Shown: positions 12,417 to 25,300 of the stretch, piece by piece
Layout of the letters: each line of letters opens with the position of its first letter
Numbering within the stretch: position 1 is the stretch's first letter
Assembly (NCBI RefSeq): GCF_004010195.1
Contig: NC_057734.1
Span: forward strand, 26,824,999-26,888,998
Source of the DNA: Chiloscyllium plagiosum
Lineage: Eukaryota
DNA length: 64,000 nt
Direction: 5' to 3'
Made by a program: the position numbers and the translations under genes
The notes under the pieces: model-generated
What the model saw: only the letters and a program-made list of their open reading frames with translations
Told to the model about the DNA's origin: nothing
The model's database searches: none

Positions 12417-15400
12417 TATTAAAAATAAACTGCAAGTCACATAAAAGTGGACTGAAACGTTTCTATAAGTTTCTATAAAGAAAAAGAAGTGAAGGTGAAT
12501 GTAAGCTCCTTACAGTCTGAAATGTAAGAATTGATAACAGAGAGCAAGAAAATGGTAAAGGAGTTAATCAGGTACTTTAATTCTGTCTTCACAGAAGACA
12601 AAAGACAAATAACTTCCCATTAATGCTCAGGAAATGAGGATCTAGTGGAAAAAAATCGAAAGGAAGTAGTTTTAGTGGGAAAAAAAACATGCTGGAGAAA
12701 CAAACAGGACTGAAAGCCAATAAATTCCCAGGGCCTGATGATCTACGTTCCTGGATACCGGAGTGGGCAGGCATGGAAAAAAATGGATACTTTGGTTGTG
12801 ATTCTGGAACAGTTTTGGCAGATTGGATAGTGGTAAATATAACTCCACTTTTTCTTTGGAAAGGTGGGAGGGAAAAAATGAAATTACAGATCAGTTTGTC
12901 TAACATCTTTAATAGGGAACATATTAGAATCATGTTAAGGAAAGTGATAGCAAGGCAACTAGAAAATATCAATGGGATTAGATTAAGTCCAAATGGATTT
13001 ATGAAAGGGAAATCATGTTTGAAAAACCTACTAGAGTTCTTTGAGGACATAACTAGCAGACTAGGTCAGGGATAGCCAGTGGATTTGGTATATTTGGATT
13101 TTCAGAAAGCTTTTGCTTAAGTCCCACATAAGTGGTTATTGTGCAAAATTAAACACATGGGATTATAAGTAATAGACCAGCATGAAATGAGAATTGGTTC
13201 ACAGACTGGAAACAGAGTAGAAATAAATAGGTCTTTGTCAGAGTAGAAAGTGGTGACCAATGGGATACACAAGGACCATTGTTTGCTCATCTATTTACAA
13301 TAGGTATTAATGATTCAGATGAAGGAAGCAAATGTTATATCTCCAAGTATATTGGTGACGGAAATCTAGGTGGAATTGTGAAGAGCTGAATGGCCTACTC
13401 GCATTCCTATTTTCTATATTTCTATGTAACACTCTGAATTCTGCGATTTCAGTGGACTGTTTCAGAGGATTCTAGGTGCAGGAGAATTGTCCTTTAGAAA
13501 TCACAAATCCCAGAGTCAGCTTCAGACTTGAAGCCTATCTCCAGACTATGATGTCCAATAAGTCTCTAGTCATGGGAATACCTGGCTATGATGTATTTGA
13601 AATTTTCATGATTACAAAGAGAGTTGACAAAGTTGATCCATGTGAACTGATTCCTGTGGTTAAAGTTTCAAATGTTAAGGACATTTTTGCAGTGACTTAT
13701 TTAAACGTGTGGCACATTTAATTTTTTTTTGTGCAGCTGCTCCCGTGAAGTTCCTTCTCAGGAGCTGTAAGATCACTGCACAGACATGGCTTAAAGACTA
13801 TATCACAGGGGCTGCAAGTCTGTTTAAGAGGAAATTAGGAATAAAAATGAAGTTTTATTTCTTATCAAAACGGAATACTCATCTGCAATGGGTCATCAAG
13901 GTAGACAATCGAAACGGAAAGTAAAATTGGCTTCAGAAGGAGAAGGAAGCTCATAACAGGGAGATAGATAGAAGGGAAAAAGCATTGTTTTACTTAATAA
14001 CATATCCATTTATTTAAAAACATGGAGTATGTTTTTGGTTGCAGCCCCATTACTCAAGAAAAGAGAGAGAGATAAAAAAAAAGCAACAGGTAGAAACTTT
14101 CTATCTTTCTATAGAAAGAGGAAGTACCAAGAGCAGCATGAGATGTACCTAAAACCAAGGTGTTAACTTGGTAAAACGACAACACAGGCCTACTTGCGAA
14201 TCAAATGGCATAAACAAAAGTGATAAACAGGTCTAAGCAATTCCACAACGAATAGATCAGATCTAAGCTCCATAGTCCAGCCACATCCAATTGAGAATGA
14301 TGATGTATAATTAAGCAACTCACTTGTGAGGCAAGGATGAGGAGGCTCCACAAACATTCCAGTCCTCAATGATGTGAGAGCCCAGCACAGCAGTGCATAA
14401 GCATTTGCAACAATCTTCAGCCAAAAGTACTGAGTGGATGATCAATCATGGTAAAGTCTTCAGCCGATTCAATTCATTCCACATGATACCAGAAACAGTT
14501 GAAGGCAAAGAATATTTCAAAGGCTATGGGCTTGGAAAACATTCCAGCAATAATACTGAAGGCTTGTGCTCCAAAACAGGTTCATAAGACACAGATCATT
14601 TGCTATAAATTCTGTAACTGTGCCCCACTAGTTACCTCATGAAGGAGCAGTGCTCCGAAATTCTGGAACTGTTCCCTAATGGCATGGTGGGTCTACCTAA
14701 AGCACATAGACTGCAGCAGTTCAAGAAAGCAGCTCACCATCACCTTCTCAAGGGCAACTAGAGCCAGGCAATAAATGTTGGCTCACCTAGTGAATTCCAC
14801 ATCCTATAAATGAATTTTAAAAACCCATAGTTTCAAGTTTTGCCAAATCGTGCTTCAATAATGTCGCTCACAGTTTTTCTTGTTTTAAGAAAATATTAGG
14901 AAGTATTGAAATGACCTACAACTAACCTATTTTATTGTTGTATTACATTTCTGCTTTCTGTTACCATCTTATCTTGTGGTTGTATTTAACATGAATATAA
15001 TTTGACTTGTAAGTACTTTGCTCTCTTAGTTTTACTTGTCAGCAGAAAAAATATCTCCCCATCAAAATTTTCAATCTTGCTGCCTAAGTGATAATACGAT
15101 AGTGATTGTACGTCCAGTGTAAACCTTGTGTGACTAGCATTCTGCTAAAATCACTGGGGTGATAATTACATGAGCTTTGTAACATATGGGTTTTCTGCTC
15201 CTCCACACTTTACCCCATTGCATTTACTGAGACACGTAGATTTCACAAGGTAGGTCTTTTTTTGATTGCATCTTTCAGGAGGAAGAGGGAGGGCATACTG
15301 CACTAAGCAGAGAAACCCAAGTTCAGCTGAGTTAAAATATACCCCATTTCTGTTGCACAGAGAACCTTCACCAGAGTGCAAAAGTAACAAATTAATGAAA

Positions 15401-15829
15401 TAAATAAAAATCTTTTGAAGGATGGTTAAGATTTTTTTAATGCTATTATTTGGGCTTTTTAAAATCCCTTATTATTTTTAAAGCATGGTAGGCTTAAGCT
15501 GACAGTGCGATATAAAAGAAGTTTGACCATATAACGCCTTCAATTGACAACTCATCTGGTGTAGATTTAAAATAAAACATTTAGTGATACTCTCTGCATT
15601 GCTGGGGGAGTTAATTCTTGCCAAATCTCATGGCTTGCTTGACTCAATGATGGTGCAGGCAAATCTGAGTTCATAGTTTCATTGACAGTTTAAAGAGGCC
15701 ATAAAATCATTAGCTGTCTTTAATGTGTAGATTGAACAGAAGTTTTAGGTTTAGAAGCATTGAATAGGAGTGATTTTTCACTATCAAGTGTATTCAGGGT
15801 GAACTGTATTACATTTTGAGTTCTTGACA

Positions 15830-17820
15830 AGATTTGTAGCTTGGGTTGTGGATAAAGTCATGGATTTGTTCGCCGAGACAGTATGTTTTTCTGCAAACGT
15901 TTTGTCGCCTCACTGAGTGACATCATCATTGCATCTTTGATAAGGTGTTGGTGGTCTGTTCCACCTGGTAGTATTATGTCTCTGTTTGTTGGTATTTCCG
16001 GTTCTGTATCTGAGTGGTTTGCATACGGGGTCCAGTTCCATATGTCTGTTGATTGAATTCTGGTTGGAGTGTCAGGCTTGAAGGAATTCTCTGGTGTGTC
16101 TCTGTTTTGCCTATGCTAGGATGGTTTATATCATCTCAGTTGAATTTGTGTCCTTTGTTGTCTATGTGGTTGGAACTGAGAGAGTGCTGGTGTCTGGCAG
16201 TGGTGAGCTGATGTTCATTTGATCTTATGGCCAGTTTTCTTCCTGTTCGTCCTATGCAGTGTTTTTCACACTCCTCACAGGGTATCTTGTGGATAACGTT
16301 TGTCCTGTTAGATGTGGGTGTCGGGTCTTTAACTTTTGTGAGGAACTGGTGGAAGGTGTTTTCTGGTTTATGGACCACTAAGATTCCCAGGAGTCTGAGT
16401 AGTTGGGTGGTTATCTCTGATCTATCTTTGATGTATGGTATGGTTGCAATTGTGTCTGGTCGTGTAGTATTTCCTTTTTTGGGTTTGTCACATAAGTACC
16501 AGAGGATAGTGCTTTTGGGATATCAATTTCGTTTAAATCCTTTGAATAGGTGTTCCTGTTCTGGGATTTCATTTGATGTAACAGCACTCTTCACATCTCT
16601 AGACATCAACTTAGCCAAGGATACCATTGCCACATTATTGGACGAAGCGGTTTCTAGGACACCCAATGACACCAGCAGCATCAACAAGAACAACATACTA
16701 AAACTATTAGACCTCTTCCTCACAACTTACTTGACATTCAATGAACAAGTATGCAGATAAATCAACAGTACACCGATGGGGTGCCCGATATGGACTGATA
16801 GCAGAAGCAGTAATGCATCGCTTAGAATGGACAGCCCACCCAACTATTCAACCCAAACTCTGGATCTGGTATGTAGATTACACAACTGGAAGAAACCCAC
16901 CACCACATCAATAACATCCTCACCAGAATAAAGTTCACTAAAGAAGAGGAAAATCACAGCAGATTCCCCTTCCTGGGCGTATTAGTGGAAAAGCACACCT
17001 AACTGGGGAACCCAGACCAGTGTGTACAGGAAGAACACCCATATCGACCAGATATTGAATTATAATAATAACCACCCAGCACCCACAAACAGAAATGCAT
17101 TAAAACATTATTTAAATGAGCAAGGACACATTGCAGCAACCCAGAACTCCAGAAGGCAGAACAGCAACACCTATTCAAAGGATTTAAACAAAATTGATAC
17201 CCCAAGAGCACTATGCTCCCGTACTTATGGGACAAACCCAAAAACGAATACACTACACGACCAGACACATTGGCGACCATACCATACATCAAAGACATAT
17301 CGGAGATAACCACCCAACTACTCAGACCCCTGGGAATCTTAGTGCCCCACAAACCAGGAAACACCTTCCACCAGCTCCTCACAAAAGTTAAAGACCCAAT
17401 ACCCACATCCAACAGGATGAACATGATCTACAAAATACCCTGTAAGGACTGTGATAAACATTATGTAGGACAAACAGGAAGAAAGTTGACCATACGAGCG
17501 TACAAACATCAGTTCACCACTGCCAAACATGACCAGCACTCTCTCATTTCTAACCACACAGACAACGCAGGACTCAAATTCAACTGGGATGATGTAACCA
17601 TCCTAGCACAGGCAAAACAGAGATACACCAAAGAAGTTCTTCAAGCTTGGCACTTCAACTGGAACTCAATGAATAGACACATTGAACTGGACCCCGTATA
17701 CACTCAGATGTAGAACTGGAAATACCAGCAGAGACACATAAATACCAGGCGGTACAGACCACCAATACCTTATCAAAGATGCACTGATGATGTCACCTAG
17801 CAAAGTGAAGATACGTTTGT
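15830..17820. mobile_element. Penelope-like element (second family) with long inverted arms
   Basis: Plus strand 16560-17820: ISFDVTALFTS RT motif, YRKNTH.DQ, YKIPCKDCDKHYVGQTGRKL GIY-YIG domain; 15890-16560 is an inverted copy of ~17160-17820. Confidence 0.9.
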
Positions 17821-18009
17821 ATTGTAATGTTAGAAAATTGCTTTTTACCTTCACAGGGCTCCTAAAGTATGTCAATCATGGATAGTGGGGGAGCAATTAT
17901 GGCAATGGCTTGATGCCATGAGGGGACATGGAGGATATGAGGGGATATGGGGATGTGGGTGGGGGAATGAGAAGAGGGAGGATCAAAGATTTCTGGTGGG
18001 CAAAGTTTG

Positions 18010-18420
18010 GATGCCTGGCTAGGCACCTTCAACACTGGCATCCTATAAGGCTGCATACTTAGTCCCTTACTATACTCCCTATACATTTGTGACTATGTGG
18101 CTAAATTTCATCCTAAGTCCATCTACAAGTTTACTGATGGCACTACCATTGTCGGCTGGATCTCAAACAGTGATGAGACTGTGATGACACAGAATACAGG
18201 AAAGCGATAGAGTGCTCGGTGGCATGGTGTAAAGATAACAATCTCCTCTTCAATGTCAGCAAAATAAAAGAGCTGGTCATTGACTTCAGGAAGCAAGATG
18301 GAGGGCATGCCCCTGTCTAAGTCAATGGTGCTGAGATGGAGATGATTGAGACCGTCAAGGAGAGATGGTTATCAACATTCTATCCTGGTCCACCCATGTT
18401 GATGTGATGGTCAAGAAAGC
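18010..18420 (+). mobile_element. Rex1/Babar-type LINE RT fragment
   Basis: LNTGIL.GCILSPLLYS...KFTDGTTIVGWIS...LVIDFRK pattern; same family as 22700-24780. Confidence 0.65.
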
Positions 18421-19559
18421 ACATTTTAGTGGAAATGGTGGAGGAGGAATTTCGAAAAAGCCAGCATTCTAGAGTTGAGTATAAAGTAGAGGTACATTGC
18501 TATATTGAAATTGCTTATCCACAATCAGGGATTTACATCTTTCATCTGACTCAAAACCACCCATTTTCAGGTCCTCTCAAAATGAAACTGCTTTTGAAGA
18601 TTTAAGGGAATTTCTGTGGAAACCCAGGATAGGTCCAGCAGTGGAAATAATTTTGTGCTAATATCAGAAACTTACCTAGATATCAGTGTGTTTCAGCATC
18701 ATGCGTCTGTGTATATGGGGCTGCCCATTGAAGATCCTCAGTTCCCTGGAATTTGAAACCCCTTCTCAAAGAACAAAATTCACTCTGGCTGTGCCTGCTG
18801 CCATTTTCAGCGGCATTATTATTTACAGCATGATGGAAGACAACAGGAGTCATTCTGCAAATAATGAGTCTCAGGTTCTGCCTTCCTTTTTGGTGAATCC
18901 CCTAAACATAAATATTCCCTTCATATTGACCCTCCCCATCAATCTCATAGGTGTTGCATCTCCTCAACTCCCCAGCCAAGCTGTCCATCTCAATCTTCAT
19001 CCGTCTACTTTACTCTCACCCCATGCCCAGTTCGAGATGCATTGAGTAAGCAAGCCAGAATCTTATATTGACCCTTACCTCTATGGATGCCAGGGTACTT
19101 CCTACTATTGACAAGCTCCCCTTCCCACATTAGCCCTGGCCTTCCCATGCTCTATCGTCTCCCCACCTCCTTGCATATTGAGTTGCCTCCCTTCATTATT
19201 GTCATCTCTTCTGTGTTCCAATATTTGAACTCCAATCTATGCAATTGCATTTCCAGCCTCCATCCTGCAGTACTGACCACTGGTAAATCCTCTTGACAGA
19301 CCTCAGGATTTATTCTAGCCCACCTCCTTCAATGACTTAACCAGACAGCTTCGAATGATGAGTGATCAAAACCCTGAGTATCTGTACAGCTCCCAGACTG
19401 TGCTTCCTCAATTCCTTGGACTGGTGGCACTTAACCCATAGATCTGAACATGACCAACTCCACAGATTGCAGACATATGAACCTCCTGACCCTGACTGCA
19501 TTGTCTGGTCAACTGGCCATGCCCAATCCCCTGCACTGATATTGGAGGCTGCCCTTGAC

Positions 19560-20080
19560 TTATTGAGCCAGGACTCTTGCCTGAAGGGTGTCTCCCTGGA
19601 CTTGACTGAATCTTGATGTGGGTTCCTCTACATCAGTGAGACAGGAGCATTTCAGGGAACATCTCTGGGACACACACCAAACAACACCACCACCCTGTGG
19701 CCAACTACTTCAACTCCCCCTCCCACTCCTCCAAGGACATTCAAGTTCTTGGCCTCCTCCACCGCCAAATGAAAGCTACCCGCCAATTGGAGGAAGAATG
19801 CCTCCTCCTCCGCCTCTGCACCAAACTATCACAGTTACCCCCCCATCTCCATTCACCTAATGCCTTCCCACCTACTTCCCCCAGCTCTACCCCACCACCC
19901 CCACCATCCCCACCCCCATTTATCTCTCATCCCTCTTCCAACTCCACATTGTCAATGAAGGGATGATGCTTGAAAAGACAACTTTCCTGCTCTTTGGATG
20001 CTGCCTGACCTGCAGTGCATTTCTAGTGCCATCTTTTTCGACTCTGATTTTCCAGTATCTGCACTCCTCACTTTCTCCTA
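19560..20080 (+). mobile_element. Penelope-like 3' fragment
   Basis: ANYFNSPSHSSKDIQVLGLLH...LEEE motif plus the shared terminal repeat ending ctcactttctcct. Confidence 0.75.
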
Positions 20081-20399
20081 ATGTATTTTTTTGCTTGTTT
20101 ACTTATGGACGTGAGCATTCTTGGCTGGGTCAACATTTATTGCACATTCCTAGTTGACCATGGAAATGTGATGAGTGGCCTTCTTCAACACTTCAGTTCA
20201 TTTGATGTAGATATACCCCAGAGCTGTTATGGAGCAAATTCCAGAATTTTAACCCAGTGAAGGAATGGTGATATGTTGCAAAGTCTGGATAGTGAGTGGC
20301 TTGGAGGGGACCTTGTAGGGGATGGTAGTCCCATGTATCTGCTGCCTTTCTCCTTCAGATGTTAGTGTCGTGGATTTGGAAGGTGGAATGGTAATAGAT

Positions 20400-21225
20400 T
20401 GGGAAAATGGGAGATTCAATGTGTCCTTGAGTCTTTGTACACCAGTCATTCAAAATTAGCATGCAGATGCAGCAGGTCGTGAGGAAGAAAGTTTGTATGT
20501 TGGCCTCCATTGCATGAAGATTTGAGTAGAGAAGCAGGATATAACTTTACAGGGCCTGGATGAGAGCACACCTAGAGGGTATTGTGTGCTGTTTTGGACT
20601 CCTTAACTGAGGAAGGATGTTCTGGATATGAAGGGTATGCAACAAAGATTTGCCCAACTGATTCCTGGGATGGCAGGACTGATGTATGAAGATAGGTTGT
20701 ATGTATGATGGTTAGGACTAGTGTTCTCTCTAATTCCATTAGTAGGTATGTGAGCCCTTGAGGACCATATAAGGCAGAGACTTCAAACCGAACTTAATGC
20801 TGATTCGGAGTACTGCTGAGAGTGAATATCGGTTGGGACTGTCTTCACTGGAGTTTAGAAGAATGAGTTCATAAGTTTCCAATAGGACTACACAGAGTAA
20901 ACACAGGAAGAATGTTACCAATGAAGTGGGAGTCCAGGTCACCACCAGCGACAGTCCGAGAATACAGTGTAGGCCATTTAGGACTGAAATGAGGAATATT
21001 TTTTTCACCTGAAAATGGTGAGTCCGTGGAATTCTCGGCCACAGAAAGCAGTTCAGGCTAAAACATTGAATATTTTCAAGAAAGAATTAGGACCATGGGG
21101 ATCAAAGGGGATGGGGAGAAAGCAGAAAAGGGGACTGAGTTAGATGATCAGCCATGATCAGATTGAATGTCAGAGCCACTTGAAGGGCTAAATGACTGAC
21201 TTCTGCTCCTATTTTCTATGTTTCT
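20400..21225 (+). mobile_element. CR1 LINE 3' end
   Basis: Degenerate ORF2 C-terminus and typical 3' UTR ending gggctaaatgactgacttctgctcctattttctatgtttctat. Confidence 0.75.
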
Positions 21226-21318
21226 ATATGCCCGATAAAGAGCATCATTGAATTTCTGCAGTGCGTCTTTAAGATTGGTGTACACAGCTGCTACTGAATG
21301 GTGGTGATGGAGGAAGTA

Positions 21319-21868
21319 GTTACCTGCTCCTTGCTCCTCTGGACTTCCATCTTGGACACTCAGTACCAACATCTCAGGACCCACTCCATGGACCGCAACT
21401 GCACACATCCCATCCCCCTGGACACTGGCATTTGACACATGCTAATCTCCCTCACCACCTTGACACAAAGCCAGGGAGCTTGTCAAGGTTGTCAGCAGTT
21501 AGAAGACAAGGGGGTGGACATGCTGTGAATGATACAATGCTCTTCAATCTCACACCAGCACCATGTACCAGCCACGTACAAGACAAATGTGCACACCGTG
21601 CAATGAAATACATACCACTCGAGTGCAGATCCGAAACTCAAGAAGCTTGACACAATCCAGAACAAAGCAGACACTTGAATGGCACCACACCCACAAAAGT
21701 CCAGCATTGAAGTCCAGAAACATTAGGTGGATTAGAGACGTGTCAAGATGATCAAATGCCAGCGTCCAGGGAGATGGGATGTATGTAGTTGCTGCCCATG
21801 GAGTGCTTCCTGAGATGTTGGTGCTGGGTGTCCAAGATGGAAGTCCAGAGGAGCAAGGAGTGGGTAAC
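21319..21868. repeat. Fold-back element with ~120-bp imperfect terminal inverted repeats
   Basis: 21319-~21435 (gttacctgctccttgctcctctggacttccatcttggacac...ggcatttga) is the reverse complement of ~21752-21868. Confidence 0.75.
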
Positions 21869-22699
21869 GACTCAGACTTTCATATGAGGAACTTTTCAGT
21901 TTCCCACCAGCAGGTGGTAGAATAGGAGAGTATATATCAATGAGTTGGAGTTGTGATTTGGAGATACTGGTGTTGGACTAGGGTGTATAACGTTAAAAAT
22001 CACATAACACCAGGTTATAGTCCAACAATTAAACCTGAATCTCAGGGTTTGGAACTTATTTGGAAACTGAAACTTGTCAGTCTCAACTGTGAGAAAGGTC
22101 TCATTTGTCTTTTCTTGCAATTATCCCAAATTTCTTACCACAGTCTGAGCCATTCAGCACCTTGGAAGATTCCACTCAATGCTTTTTTCTTAAAGAATAC
22201 TCTAATCTGCTTGGTAAATAAAAAGGCTCTGATGGCAATTGGTGGTGTTCCTACCTGTCAGCTCAGAGACCTGGGTTCAACTCCCTCTGCCTCCAGAGGT
22301 GTGGGTTGTTTGAAATGTCTAGAGGCATATGAAACTTCCTGCCCAACAATGGGCAAACTCATTCACATACCATTTAGTACCAAAAACGTACCTATTATTT
22401 TTACATGTGAAATTACTGTTTAGATGTCATTTCTTAAAATGAAGATTGATTCTCTCTCAAATAGTGGAAATATTGACCAACAATGCTGAGCATTTGCCTT
22501 TTGATCTAAATTGTTCTTATCTTCAGACCATCATCAGATTTCTGTAAATGCAATACAAAGAAGATTAAATCTCTTTGACTTTATACATAGCCTGTTGATG
22601 ATATAAATATACAAATTAGGAACAGAAGCAGGCCATTCAGCCACTTCAGCCTGCTCCAACATTCAGTGAGATAATTAGTTGAAATTATTTATTGTCAAG

Positions 22700-24780
22700 T
22701 GTACCTAAGTACACTTTGCTTACGAGCAGTACAGGCATATCATAGAAAGCAAGGACATAGCGATCATTGGGCAAAAAAACGACTTGGTCAGAGACATACA
22801 GGTTACACCACATGGTACGTGAACTACGCAAGATGAACATTAACAAGATCAACATTATTTGAAGTTAGAGAGTCTATTCATCAGTCTGATGACAGCAGGG
22901 AAGAAGCTGCTCTTGAATCTGCTGATGCGTGTGTTCAAGCTTCTGTATCTTCTGCCCGATGGAAGAGGTTGTAGGAGAGCATTGCTGGGTGCAATGGATC
23001 TTTGATTATGTAATGAGCCATGAAAATGGAGTCCATGGATGGAAGCTTGGATTCCATGATAGTCTGGGCTGTGCACACAACCTTCTGTAGTTCCTTATGG
23101 TCCTGGGCAGAGCAGTTGCCATGCCAGGTTGTTATGCACCCAGACAGTACGCTGTTAATGGTGCATTTGTAGAATGACCTTGCAGACATAACAAATTTCC
23201 TGAGCCACCTGAGAAAGAAGAGACGTTATTGTGCCTTCTTGACTGCTGCATCTAAATGGGAAGTCCAGGACAGGTTGTCGTCACTCCTAGGAACTTGACA
23301 CTCTCCATGCTCTCGACCTCCGCTCCGCTGATGTAGATGGGGTGTGTTCTCCTCCTTTCTTGCTGAAGTCAACGATCAGTTCTTTAGTATTGCCAATGTT
23401 GAGGGAGAGGTTGTTCTCATTGCACCACGTCAGCAAGCCCTCTATCTCCTTTCTGTATTCTGACTCATCGTTGTTTGATATCTATCCTACCATAGTGACA
23501 TTGTCAACAAACTTGTAGATGGCAGAATAGTTCAGAATTTGGCAACACAATCATAGGTATACCGGGAGTATGGTTGGGAGCTGAGAATGTCTCCTTGGGG
23601 TCTCCGGTGTTGAGTATTATCATGGAGGAGGTGAAGTTGTCTATCTTTGTTGATTGAGGTCTATGAGTCAAAAAGCTGAGGATCCAGTTGCAGAGGGTGG
23701 AGCCGAGACCTAGGTTTCGGAGCTTTGAGGTCAGTCTGGGGGGGATAATGATGTTGAAGGCAGAGCTGTAGTTGATGAGCAGGAATCTGATGTAGGTGTC
23801 CTTGTTGTCCAGATGTTCCAGGGGTAGGGAAATGGTATCCGCCTTGGAGCTGTTACATCAGTAGGCCAATTGCAGAGGATCGAGAAAGACCATGAGACTA
23901 GAGTTGATGTGGGCCATGACTAATGTCTCAAAACACTTCATGATATGGAGGTCAGAGCCACTGGGAGGTAGTCATTAAGGCATGTTGCGTGTGCTTTCTT
24001 TGGTACTGAGATGATGATGGTTTTCTTGAAGCAGGTGGGGATGTCGACTTGTTGAAAGGAGGGATTGAAGATTTCAGTGAATACCTCTGCCAGTTGGTCC
24101 GCGCAGGACCTAAGTGCTCGGCCGGGATTCAGTCTGGGCCTATTGTTTTCCTTGGGTTGATTCCCGGGAAGACCGATCTGACATCTGCAGTGATGAGAGT
24201 GGGCACAGGTACATCCAGGGCTGTCAGGGCAAGTGACACCATGCCGCTGGCATTCTGCTCAAACCAAGCATAGAAAGAATTGAGCGCATCAGAGATGGGT
24301 GTGTCTTTGCACGCTATCTTGCTCTGCTTCATTTTGAATCCCGTAATGTTGTTTGGGCCTTGCCACTGGCACTGGGAGTCTGTATGGTTGGTTTCAGCCT
24401 GATCTGGTACTGCCTCTTGGCGTCCCTAATGGCTTTGCAGAGGTCACATCTGGATTTTCTGTATAGATCTGTGTCATCCGACTTGAATGCTGCATGTCTG
24501 GTTTTCAGTAGGGAGTGATTTTCCTGGTTCATTGGAGGTTTCTGGCTGGGGAACACCCAGATTGACTTCTTTGGTACACAGTCCTCCACACATTTGCTAA
24601 TGAAGTCTGTGATGGTGGTGGTGTACTTGTCTAGTTTGCCACTGATTATTTGAATATGGTCCAGTCCACCAATTCAAAACAATCCCTGAGACAGTCGTCT
24701 GCTGCCTCAGACCAGCATTGTACTTTTTGTGAAGGGTTCTCCCGTTTCAGCTTCTGCTTGTACGCTGGGAAGATGAACAC
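22700..24780 (-). mobile_element. Rex1/Babar-type LINE ORF2, degenerate
   Basis: EDCVPKKSIWVFPSQKP, DALNSFYAWFE, INPRKTIGPD, FYKCTINSVLSGCITTWHGNCSAQD, LPSGRRYRSL...FKSSFFP.VIRLMN. Confidence 0.85.
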
Positions 24781-24809
24781 AGCAGAAGGAGGAACATGGC
24801 TGATCTGTT

Positions 24810-25300
24810 TGTATTTTGGATTCCACATTCCCATCTAACCCCAATAACTTTTGATTTGCTTGCCTAACAAGAGTCTATCTACCTTCACCTTCAAAATAAT
24901 CAATGACCCCACCTCCATTACCTTCTGAGGCTGAGTTCCAAAGTTGCACAACCCTCTGAAAGAAATTTTTTTTCCTCATTTCTCCTCCTAATTTTTTAAA
25001 CAGTATTCTCTATTTCAGGACTGGCCCACATGCAGAAACATCCTTTCTACATTCAATTTTCAATGCCATTCAGGATCTTACTTACCTCACTCTTCCAAAC
25101 CCCAGGGAAGACAAGCCCAGTCTGTCCAACCTTTCCTCATGACAGTTCATTCCTTTCAGGTATCACTTTAGTAAACCTCTTCTGAACTGCCTCCATTGCA
25201 AATACATCCTTTCTTAAATAAGGAGACCAAAACTGCACACAGTCCCACTAATACCCTACATAACTGAAGCATAACATCTTGACTTTTATGATGACAGTTA
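24810..25300 (-). mobile_element. CR1 LINE 3' fragment
   Basis: HKSQDVMLQLCRVLV... remnant and CR1-type 3' region. Confidence 0.6.

Larger units (their letters stand above)
11640..13380 (+). mobile_element. Degenerate CR1 LINE ORF2, interrupted by a Penelope fragment
   Basis: LKANKFPGPDDL...DW..VNITPLF.KG...GFMKGKSCLKNLLEFFEDITS; continues to a YLDFQKAF motif at ~13090. Confidence 0.85.

Noticed and set aside
13709-13970. Possible exon after a polypyrimidine-AG acceptor (ttttttttgtgcag)
   Set aside because: No recognisable protein in any frame and no partner exons identified.
15166-15390. Short Cys-containing ORF and AG|GTAGGT donor-like site
   Set aside because: No homology I can recognise; indistinguishable from chance.
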